Shown piece after piece: positions 47,959-55,526 of a DNA stretch of 64,000 bases. The DNA is from an uncultured Actinomycetes bacterium (lineage in GTDB: Bacteria > Actinomycetota > Coriobacteriia > Anaerosomatales > PHET01): the NCBI GenBank assembly GCA_963770765.1, contig CAVYQS010000015.1, positions 9,194 to 73,193 of the forward strand. Direction: 5' to 3'. The notes under the pieces were generated by a model. The model had not been told where the DNA came from. It saw nothing but the letters and a program-made list of their open reading frames with translations, and did not search any database. Positions within the stretch are counted from its first letter, which is position 1. The number at the start of each line of letters is the position of its first letter. Made by a program: the position numbers and the translations under genes.

Positions 47959-47967
47959 TGGTATACT
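47959..47967 (+). promoter_or_regulatory. Extended -10 promoter element TGgTATACT for the hdr/glt operon
   Basis: TGGTATACT at 47959-47967, about 125 nt upstream of ATG 48094. Confidence 0.4.
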
Positions 47968-48014
47968 GCCCGCCACGACACGAGGGTGTGTCGAAACCAA
48001 GAGATGAGCAATGG

Positions 48015-48060
48015 CGCTCGTTTCGGCCCCAAGAGGCCGAGGCGGGCGTTTTTCGTTTCT
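48015..48060 (+). terminator. Leader terminator/attenuator upstream of the HdrBC-like gene
   Basis: 14-bp stem CGCUCGUUUCGGCC / GGCCGAGGCGGGCG (3 G-U pairs), loop CCAAGA, then UUUUUCGUUUCU. Lies 34 nt before the start codon. Competing pairing is possible between CGAAAC 47992-47997 and GUUUCG 48020-48025. Confidence 0.65.
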
Positions 48061-48093
48061 CGCGAGGCTGTTGTCGATCAGGAAGGCGCATTC

Positions 48094-49449
48094 ATGAAGG
48101 AGTTCGCGGTCTTCTGGGGGTGCACGATCCCCGCGCGGTTCCCGTTCATCGAGAAGTCGGTGCGCGTGATGTTCGACGACCTGGGCGCTCAGATCCACGA
48201 GCTTCCGGGGCACACGTGCTGCCCCGAAGGCACGCTGGTCAAGGCGAACGATCCCGACTCGTTCTTCACCGCCGCCGCCCGCAACCTGGCGCTGGTGGAG
48301 AAGGCCGGACTTGACGTCGTGACTCCGTGCAACGGCTGCTACTCGACGTTCAAAGAGGCCCAAAGCCACCTCAAGACCCACTGGCGCGAGCGCGACACGA
48401 TCAACGACCGTCTCGCCACCGAAGACCTGCACTACGACGGCTCGCTGCAGGTCGTCCACTTCGCCGAGTGGCTCTCGGACCATATGGGCCCGGGGTTGAT
48501 CGCGAGCAAGGCGGTCAAGCAGTTCTGGGGCATGAACATCGCCGTTCACTACGGCTGTCATCTGCTTCGCCCTCAGCCCGCGGTGAAGTGGGACGATCCG
48601 CTGCACCCGACCAAGGTGGAGGGCATCGTCGCCGCTCTGGGCGCCCGGGTGGTCGACTATCCCACCAAGATGCAGTGTTGTGGCGGCTATCTCGACCGCG
48701 TGGGGGAGCGTGAGGGTTCGCTGGCCTTCAACCGCCGCAAGCTCTACGACCTGCAGAACCACGGGGTCGATGCGCTCGTGGTCGTGTGTCCCAGCTGCTT
48801 CCAGCAGTTCGACCTCAACCAAGCTGCACTCCAGCGCGCCAACGAGCCCATCAACATCCCGGTGCTCTACCTCTCCGAGCTCATCGGCCTGGCCTACGGG
48901 CACAGCCCCGAGGAGCTGGGCATGGACATGCACCGGGTGAGCGTGAAGCCGTTCCTCGAGAAGTGGGAGGGGCGCAGCGCCGAGAAGACCCGCCTGGCGC
49001 AGGACTTCGACGTGTCGCTCCTCAACAAGTGCGACTCATGCCGCGCGTGCAAGGACGACTGCCCGGTGTGCAAGGTCGACCCGACGTACGACCCGTGCGA
49101 CATGATCGGACGGCTCGTCGACGGCGACATCGACGAGGTGCTCGCCGACCCCAACATCTGGAAGTGCCTCGAGTGCTACACGTGCCTCGAGATGTGCCAC
49201 AGCGACATCGGCATGGCCGAGACGTTCCGCAAGCTCAAGGAGCTCTCGCTCGCATCGGGCAGTGGTCCCGAATCGGTGCCGGCCGCCTACAAGACGTTCA
49301 TGGAGACCGGCACCCTCGGCAAGCCCAAAGAGGGTGCGCGCAAGAAGCTCGGTCTCAGCCCACTCCCGCCGTCGGGAGGTGACGCGGTCCAGCGACTCAT
49401 GGGCTGCGACGCCGTGATCGCGGCATGTGACATCGAAGGCGAGGACTAG
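48094..49449 (+). CDS. Heterodisulfide-reductase-like HdrB (two CCG domains) fused to an HdrC-like 2x[4Fe-4S] domain
   Basis: CCG motifs GHTCCPEG..PCNGC and KMQCCGGY..CPSCFQQF. C-terminal CDSCRACKDDCP and CLECYTCLEMC clusters. AGGAAGG RBS. Confidence 0.75.
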   Translation: MKEFAVFWGCTIPARFPFIEKSVRVMFDDLGAQIHELPGHTCCPEGTLVKANDPDSFFTAAARNLALVEKAGLDVVTPCNGCYSTFKEAQSHLKTHWRERDTINDRLATEDLHYDGSLQVVHFAEWLSDHMGPGLIASKAVKQFWGMNIAVHYGCHLLRPQPAVKWDDPLHPTKVEGIVAALGARVVDYPTKMQCCGGYLDRVGEREGSLAFNRRKLYDLQNHGVDALVVVCPSCFQQFDLNQAALQRANEPINIPVLYLSELIGLAYGHSPEELGMDMHRVSVKPFLEKWEGRSAEKTRLAQDFDVSLLNKCDSCRACKDDCPVCKVDPTYDPCDMIGRLVDGDIDEVLADPNIWKCLECYTCLEMCHSDIGMAETFRKLKELSLASGSGPESVPAAYKTFMETGTLGKPKEGARKKLGLSPLPPSGGDAVQRLMGCDAVIAACDIEGED

Positions 49450-49451
49450 AG

Positions 49452-50729
49452 ATGGCGTACGAACCGCTTCTTGAGCGGATGCCCACCACCCGGCCCGCGG
49501 GCTTCTCGGATCGAGAGAACGTCTTCGACCTCGAGCGTCCGGCCTACCGCGAGGAGTCGCCGTTCAAGATCCACGGAGGCTGCGGCCTCATGGGCATCTG
49601 CGACCAGTCGGGCACGCTGATGAGCGGCGAGAACGCCATCAGGGCCATGGCTGTCCAGCGCGACCGGGGCAACGGCCTGGGCGGCGGGTACGCGGGCTAT
49701 GGCATCTATCCGGAGTTCCCCGACCATTTCTGCTTCCACATGATGTATCACGACGTGAAGGCCAAAGAAGAGGCCGAGGCCGTCTTCGACCGCTACTTCA
49801 CCGTCGATCTCGCCGAGCCCATGCCCACGCGTGCGGTCAAGGGCATCAGCGACGCTCCGCTGCTGTGGCGCTACTTCCTGAAGCCCGACCCCCACAAGCT
49901 CGAGAACTCCGAGATGAGCGGCGAGGATTACGTCGTCCACATGGTCATGCTCGTGAACTCGACCATCGACGGGGCCTTCGTCGCATCGAGCGGCAAGAAC
50001 ATGGGCGCGTTCAAGGGCGTGGGATTCCCCGAGGAGATCGGCCACTACTACCTGCTCGAGGAGTACGAGGGGCACACGTGGGTGGGCCACAACCGCTTCC
50101 CTACGAACACCCCCGGCTGGTGGGGTGGCGCACACCCGTTCACGCTGCTCGACTGGTCGATCGTGCACAACGGCGAGATCTCGAGCTACGGGATCAACAG
50201 CCGGTACCTCGAGGCGTTCGGCTACAAGTGCACGCTGGGCACCGATACCGAGGTGGCGGCGTACCTGTTCGACCTCATGCTGCGCCGCCACAAGTTGCCG
50301 CTGGGACTTGCCTGCAAGGCGCTGGCGAGCCCGTTGTGGACCGAGATCGACCGCATGCCCGAAGATGAGCAGGCCGTCATGCGCAGCCTGCGCGCCGTCT
50401 ACGGCCCGGGCATGCTCAACGGCCCGTTCGCCATCGTGCTCGGCTTCAACGGCGGCATGGTCGCCCTGAACGACCGCATCAAGCTGAGGCCCCTCGTGGC
50501 CGCCAAGCAGGGTTCGATCCTGATGGTCGCCTCCGAGGAGAGTGCGATGCGCGAGGTGCTCGAGTCGCCCGACGAGGTCTGGGCGCCCAAGGCCGGCGAG
50601 CCCGTCATCGCGCGGATCGAGGGCGTCGACTGGCCCATCCACGGCGACCTGCACCTTGCTCCCAGTGAGATCTCCTGTGCCGTGACCGGTGTCGATGACA
50701 CCTGCGAGACGACCGTCGAGGTGAGCTGA
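49452..50729 (+). CDS. Glutamate synthase amidotransferase subunit (class II/Ntn GATase domain, archaeal split type)
   Basis: GGCGLMGICD nucleophile Cys after an about 42-aa leader. GHNRFPTNT..WGGAHPF..HNGEISSYG motifs. Confidence 0.8.
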   Translation: MAYEPLLERMPTTRPAGFSDRENVFDLERPAYREESPFKIHGGCGLMGICDQSGTLMSGENAIRAMAVQRDRGNGLGGGYAGYGIYPEFPDHFCFHMMYHDVKAKEEAEAVFDRYFTVDLAEPMPTRAVKGISDAPLLWRYFLKPDPHKLENSEMSGEDYVVHMVMLVNSTIDGAFVASSGKNMGAFKGVGFPEEIGHYYLLEEYEGHTWVGHNRFPTNTPGWWGGAHPFTLLDWSIVHNGEISSYGINSRYLEAFGYKCTLGTDTEVAAYLFDLMLRRHKLPLGLACKALASPLWTEIDRMPEDEQAVMRSLRAVYGPGMLNGPFAIVLGFNGGMVALNDRIKLRPLVAAKQGSILMVASEESAMREVLESPDEVWAPKAGEPVIARIEGVDWPIHGDLHLAPSEISCAVTGVDDTCETTVEVS

Positions 50730-50732
50730 CCT

Positions 50733-52245
50733 ATGCCCACGAGCCTTATCCAGCCCGAGTTCAAGGTCGAGATCGACTACAACAAGTGCCACAAGTGCGG
50801 CCGCTGCGTCCAGCAGTGCGGCTGGGGCGTGTACTCGTTCAACGAGCGCCCGTTCCCCGATGACAGCAAGTGCCGCGCATGCCACCGCTGCGTGACGTAC
50901 TGCCCGGCGCACTGCATCACCATCAAGAAGAACGAACTCGCCTTGCGTGAGAACGCCAACTGGACTTCCGAGCAGCGCAAGAACGTGTGGCGCCAGGCCG
51001 AGTCGGGCGGCGTCATGCTCACCGGCATGGGCAACGACAAGAAGTATCTCAACTACTTCGACCATCTGGTTCTTGACGCATGCCAGGTCACGAACCCGTC
51101 GATCGACCCGCTGCGCGAGCCCATGGAGCTGCGCACGTATCTGGGGCGCAAGCCCGACAGCGTCGAGGTCGAAACCGACGGCAACGGAGGCTACCGTCTC
51201 AAAGAGGGCGCCGGCATCCACAAGAACATCAAGCTCGACACGCCCATCATCTTCTCGCCGATGAGCTACGGCTCGGTATCGCTCAACGTCCACAAGTCCC
51301 TCGCGATGGCAGCCGAGCGTCTCGGCATCCTCATGAACACCGGCGAGGGCGGGCTGCACGCCGATCTGTATCCCTATCAGGACAACGTGATCGTCCAGGT
51401 CGCTTCGGGCCGATTCGGCGTCAACCCCGAGTACCTCAACCGCGGTGCGGCCATCGAGATCAAGGTCGGTCAGGGCGCCAAGCCCGGCATCGGCGGTCAC
51501 CTTCCCGGGCGAGAAGATCAACAAGGAAGTCTCGACCACGCGGATGATCCCTCAGGGCTCCGACGCGATCAGCCCGGCGCCTCACCACGACATCTACTCG
51601 ATCGAGGACCTGCGCCAGCTCATCTACTCGCTCAAGGAGGCGTCCGGCTACAAGCCGGTTGGCGTCAAGATCGCCGCAGTGCACAACGTAGCGGCCATCG
51701 CGAGCGGGATCGTGCGTGCGGGCGCCGACTACGTCTATCTCGACGGTTTCAAGGGCGGCACCGGGGCGGCACCGGCGATCATCCGCGACCATATCGGCAT
51801 CCCGCTCGAGATCGCGATCGCGGTCGTCGACCAGCGGCTGCGCGACGAAGGTATCCGCAATCAGGCCTCGATCATCGCCGCAGGTTCGATCCGCTCGTCG
51901 GCCGACATGGCCAAGGCCATCGCGCTGGGGGCCGACGTCGTTGCGATCGGATCGGCGTCGCTCATGGCGCTGGGCTGCCACCTGTGCCAAGGCTGCCATA
52001 CAGGCTGCTGCTCGTGGGGCCTCACCACCCAGAAGCCCGAGCTCACGCGCCGCGTCGACCCCGAGTGGGGCGCCGAGCGGCTCGTGAACCTGGTCAACGC
52101 GTGGAGCCACGAGCTGCAGGAGATACTCGGAGCTCTGGGTGTGAACGCCGTTGAGTCGCTCCGCGGCAGCCGCGAGCGCCTCCGCGCCGTGGGGCTCGAC
52201 CAGCAGACCTGCGAGATCCTCGGCGTCAAGCCGGCCGGGCTGTAA
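50733..52245 (+). pseudogene. Glutamate synthase FMN/synthase subunit with N-terminal 2x[4Fe-4S] ferredoxin domain, frame broken at about 51510
   Basis: CHKCGRCVQQC / CRACHRCVTYCP, then ..IEIKVGQGAKPGIGGHLPG in ORF 50733... Continues EKINKEVSTTRMIPQGSDAISPAPHHDIYSIEDL..LDGFKGGTGAAP..GSASLMALGC in ORF 51445..52245. Junction: ccc ggg C gag aag. Confidence 0.82.
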
Positions 52246-52257
52246 GGGAGAAGCGAG

Positions 52258-53076
52258 ATGACGACTGCGACCACCTCCGGCCCGATCGAGGGCTACCTAC
52301 AGATCGAGCCCGTCGCCACCAGCGACGGTGAGACGGCGACCATCGACTGTCAGAGCATCTACTACAAGTACGTGAACCAAGCGGTTCGGGACTGCTTCTC
52401 GAGCGGCGTCAAGACCGTCAAGCTCGTCAACGTGAACGGTCAGCGCTACATCGGCACGGGCATCAAGGGCACGGACCTGCGCATCGAGGTGCACGGCACG
52501 CCGGGCCAGGACATGGCGATGTTCATGGACGGGCCCACGCTCGAGGTCTGGGGCAACGCCCAAGACGGTGTGGGAAACACGATGAACGCCGGCACGGTGA
52601 TCGTCCACGGCGGCGCCGGCGACGTGCTCGGCTACGGGATGCGCGGCGGCAAGGTGTTCATCAAAGGCGACGTGGGCTACCGCGTGGGAATCCACATGAA
52701 GGCCTACGAGGACCTGCGGCCCATCATGATCTGCGGCGGCAAGGCTCGCGACTTCTTCGGCGAGTACATGGCCGGCGGACTGCTCGTCTTGCTGGGGCTG
52801 GAGTCGCGTCTCGAGGGCCCGCTCGTGGGCGGCTATGTGGGAACCGGCATGCACGGCGGGGAGATATTCCTGCGCGGCGAGGTCGAGCCGTGGCAGGTGG
52901 GCAAGGAGTGCGGCATCTTCACCGCCACCGATGAGGAGATGGCCGCGCTCAAGCCATTGCTCGCCGAGTACTGCGACGCGGTCGGCTTCGATCTCGAGAC
53001 CGTCATGGCCGAGAAGTTCACCCGACTCGTGCCGATCAGCCACCGGCCGTACGGGAAGCTGTACACGTACCTCTAG
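52258..53076 (+). CDS. Glutamate synthase GXGXG-domain subunit (large-subunit C-terminal domain)
   Basis: Repeated G-x-G beta-helix motifs: VHGTPGQDMAMFMDG..VWGNAQDGVGNTMNAG..VHGGAGDVLGYGMRGG..IKGDVGYRVG. Confidence 0.82.
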   Translation: MTTATTSGPIEGYLQIEPVATSDGETATIDCQSIYYKYVNQAVRDCFSSGVKTVKLVNVNGQRYIGTGIKGTDLRIEVHGTPGQDMAMFMDGPTLEVWGNAQDGVGNTMNAGTVIVHGGAGDVLGYGMRGGKVFIKGDVGYRVGIHMKAYEDLRPIMICGGKARDFFGEYMAGGLLVLLGLESRLEGPLVGGYVGTGMHGGEIFLRGEVEPWQVGKECGIFTATDEEMAALKPLLAEYCDAVGFDLETVMAEKFTRLVPISHRPYGKLYTYL

Positions 53077-53156
53077 AGTGCGACGGCGGAAGCTGTCGTC
53101 AGATGCATCGAACCCACGGGGCGGGCGCACAAGCGCTCGCCCCGTACTCGTCCCCC

Positions 53157-53179
53157 GAAACCCGAAACACCTCAGAAAC
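53157..53179 (+). promoter_or_regulatory. Three direct GAAAC repeats upstream of glnA (GlnR-box-like half sites)
   Basis: GAAAC at 53157, 53164 and 53175. Downstream are TGACGT-N6-ACGTCA (53205-53222) and TATCAT -10 (53245-53250). Confidence 0.3.
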
Positions 53180-53272
53180 ATAGGGCGGGCTAGGCTTGCT
53201 GTGATGACGTAAGTAGACGTCACGCCGCACGGCTCGTGTGCTCGTATCATCTTTCGAAAGGGAGGCTCTCGT

Positions 53273-54604
53273 ATGGCACCTGCGTTCGATAAGGACTACG
53301 TCCTCAAGACGGTAGAGGAGCGCGACGTCAAGTTCATCCGCTTCTGGTTCACCGACGTCCTCGGCGTCATGAAGTCGTTCGCTGTGACCGACTCCGAGCT
53401 CGAAGGTGCGTTCGAAGAGGGCATGGGTTTCGACGGCTCCTCGATCGACGGCTTCACCCGCATCCAGGAGTCGGACATGGTCGCGTTCCCGGACGCCGCC
53501 ACGTTCCAGCTTCTCCCGTGGCGTCCCGAAGAGCAGGGCGTCGGCCGCATCTTCGCCGACATCACGACTCCCGACGGCAAGCCGTTCGTCGGTGATCCTC
53601 GCTACGCACTCAAGCGCATGCTCAAGAAGGCCGCCGACATGGGCTACACCATGTACGTTGGCCCTGAACTCGAGTTCTTCTACTTCGCCGATGACCAGGG
53701 CACCGAGCTTCTTGACCGCGGTGGCTACTTCGACCTCACTCCGCTGGACTTGGCGAGCGACCTTCGTCGCGAGACCGTGCTGACCCTCGAGAAGATGGGT
53801 ATCCCGGTCGAGTACTCGCATCACGAGGTCGCTCCGTCGCAGCACGAGATCGACCTGCGCTACCAAGAGGCCCTCACCATGGCCGATGCGGTCATGACCT
53901 ACCGCCTCGTCGTCAAAGAGACCGCGATGGCCAATGGCGTGTACGCCACGTTCATGCCCAAGCCCATCGCAGGGATGAACGGCTCGGGCATGCACACGCA
54001 CCAGTCGCTGTTCACCAAGGACGGCAACGCGTTCTACGATGCCGACAAGCCCGGCTACCTCAGCGACATCTGCCGCCACTACATCGCCGGCCTGCTCAAG
54101 TACGCCCCCGAGTTCTGCGCGGTGACCAACCCGCTCGTCAACTCGTACAAGCGCCTGGTCCCGGGCTTCGAGGCCCCGACCTACGTCTCGTGGGCGCAGG
54201 CCAACCGCTCGGCGATGGTTCGCGTGCCGCTCTACAAGCCCGGCAAGGAGGCCGCGACCCGCATCGAGCTGCGTTCGCCCGACCCCTCGTGCAACCCGTA
54301 CCTCGCCTTCGCCGTCATGCTGGGCGCCGGTCTCAAGGGTATCGAGGAGAAGCTCGAGCTCATGCCCGAGGCCACCAACGACATCTTCGAGATGACCGCC
54401 GAGGAGCTTGCTGCTGCGGGAATCGGCACGCTGCCGCGTGACCTCGGCGAGGCTATCGAGCTGTTCGAGAAGTCCGAGACGATGAAGGAGATCCTCGGCG
54501 ACCACATCCACACCTTCTACAGCGAGAACAAGAAGGCCGAGTGGCTCGACTACATCAAGGATGTCTCCGAGTGGGAGCTCAACCGCTATCTGAGCGTCAT
54601 CTAG
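53273..54604 (+). CDS. glnA: Glutamine synthetase, type I
   Basis: FIRFWFTDVLG..GFDGSSI..GPELEFF..HHEVAPSQHEID..MPKP..GSGMHTHQS..NSYKRLVPG.EAP..R.P.. motifs. GGGAGG RBS. Confidence 0.95.
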   Translation: MAPAFDKDYVLKTVEERDVKFIRFWFTDVLGVMKSFAVTDSELEGAFEEGMGFDGSSIDGFTRIQESDMVAFPDAATFQLLPWRPEEQGVGRIFADITTPDGKPFVGDPRYALKRMLKKAADMGYTMYVGPELEFFYFADDQGTELLDRGGYFDLTPLDLASDLRRETVLTLEKMGIPVEYSHHEVAPSQHEIDLRYQEALTMADAVMTYRLVVKETAMANGVYATFMPKPIAGMNGSGMHTHQSLFTKDGNAFYDADKPGYLSDICRHYIAGLLKYAPEFCAVTNPLVNSYKRLVPGFEAPTYVSWAQANRSAMVRVPLYKPGKEAATRIELRSPDPSCNPYLAFAVMLGAGLKGIEEKLELMPEATNDIFEMTAEELAAAGIGTLPRDLGEAIELFEKSETMKEILGDHIHTFYSENKKAEWLDYIKDVSEWELNRYLSVI

Positions 54605-54634
54605 CAGTTCGGTCTCGTACCGAATGAACGGCAA

Positions 54635-54667
54635 CGACGCCGGGCGAGGGTCCACCTCGTCCGGCGT
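54635..54667 (+). terminator. glnA terminator hairpin
   Basis: 14-bp stem GACGCCGGGCGAGG / CCTCGTCCGGCGTC (1 G-U pair), loop GTCCA, followed by GACGTTTCC. Confidence 0.65.
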
Positions 54668-54709
54668 CGACGTTTCCATCCGCCAGCCCATCGTCGGAGC
54701 GGTATCATC

Positions 54710-55381
54710 ATGCACATGAAAAGGGTTCTCATCGTCTCTGACGACGCACATACGCGAGCCTGGGTGGGTCAAGCGCTCAGCGGGCTCGATGTGCAGTACA
54801 CCGACGCAGGCATGACCGAGATGCAGAAGCGGCTGCTCGGCGGCGAGACCGACCTCGTGATCATCGACGGCGGCCGTAGCCCCGAGGTCCTCTCGCAGGT
54901 CGTCGAGCACGCGGCTGCGGGCGGTGTCGACCTGCGCATGATCGTCCTCGTCGAGCCTGAAGGGCTGCAGGGGCTGCGGCTCCCGGTGCGGGTTCCTTCC
55001 GACTTCATGGTTCGGGGAGGCTCGAGCGAAGAGATCGCCGTGCGCGTTCGCTCCATGCTGTGGCCCGGAGAAGAGGTGACGCGCCAGGAGCTGGTGCGCA
55101 TCGACGATCTCACGCTCAATCTCGCGACGTACCAGGCGTACAGTGACGGGACCCCGATAGACTTCACCTACCTCGAGTACGCGCTCTTCGCCTTCCTGGT
55201 CACTCATCCCGGGCGCACCTACAGCCGCGAGGTGCTGCTGCGGCGGGTGTGGGGCTCGGACTACTACGGTGGCTCGCGCACGGTCGACGTCCACATCCGT
55301 CGGATCCGCTCCAAGGTGGGGCACGAGCTGTCCCGTCGAATCGAGACGGTGCGCAACGTCGGTTACCTTTGGAACGGGTAG
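54710..55381 (+). CDS. glnR: OmpR/PhoB-family response regulator, GlnR-like (orphan, next to glnA)
   Basis: Winged-helix C-terminus FTYLEYALFAFLV.HPGRTYSREVLL..VWG.DYYGGSRTVDVHIRRIRSKVG..ETVRNVGY resembles my recollection of actinobacterial GlnR. No kinase gene is adjacent. Confidence 0.65.
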   Translation: MHMKRVLIVSDDAHTRAWVGQALSGLDVQYTDAGMTEMQKRLLGGETDLVIIDGGRSPEVLSQVVEHAAAGGVDLRMIVLVEPEGLQGLRLPVRVPSDFMVRGGSSEEIAVRVRSMLWPGEEVTRQELVRIDDLTLNLATYQAYSDGTPIDFTYLEYALFAFLVTHPGRTYSREVLLRRVWGSDYYGGSRTVDVHIRRIRSKVGHELSRRIETVRNVGYLWNG

Positions 55382-55382
55382 A

Positions 55383-55464
55383 CAGCGACCGGAGCTCACT
55401 CCGCTCACTGATTCGGCGCACAAACCGCGCCTGCATGCGTTCGCTGCGTGAGCTCCGGTCGCTG
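55383..55464. repeat. Perfect 17-bp inverted repeat with a 48-nt spacer directly after glnR
   Basis: CAGCGACCGGAGCTCAC (55383-55399) and GTGAGCTCCGGTCGCTG (55448-55464). The spacer holds GGCGC-N7-GCGCC. Confidence 0.8.
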
Positions 55465-55526
55465 CCTGTCCTCAGGTAGAATCGCGGTAGTCCGTCTCGC
55501 GTTGGAACCGACTCGGGGGAGCCTAC

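Noticed and set aside
48004-48093. Upstream in-frame ATG (MSNGARFGPKRPRRAFF...) as the true start of the HdrBC-like gene, or as a leader peptide.
   Set aside because: The segment encodes the terminator hairpin and has no RBS. ATG 48094 has an AGGAAGG RBS and begins the conserved HdrB sequence. There is no stop codon that would define a separate leader peptide.
49452-49580. The about 42-aa extension before the catalytic Cys of the GATase subunit as an anomaly.
   Set aside because: Ntn-type glutamate synthase amidotransferase domains are known to be made with a propeptide that is removed to expose Cys1, so this is expected.
55383-55464. Calling the 17-bp inverted repeat a MITE or mobile element.
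   Set aside because: No transposase, no visible target-site duplication, and copy number cannot be assessed from one window. It is kept as an unexplained repeat only.
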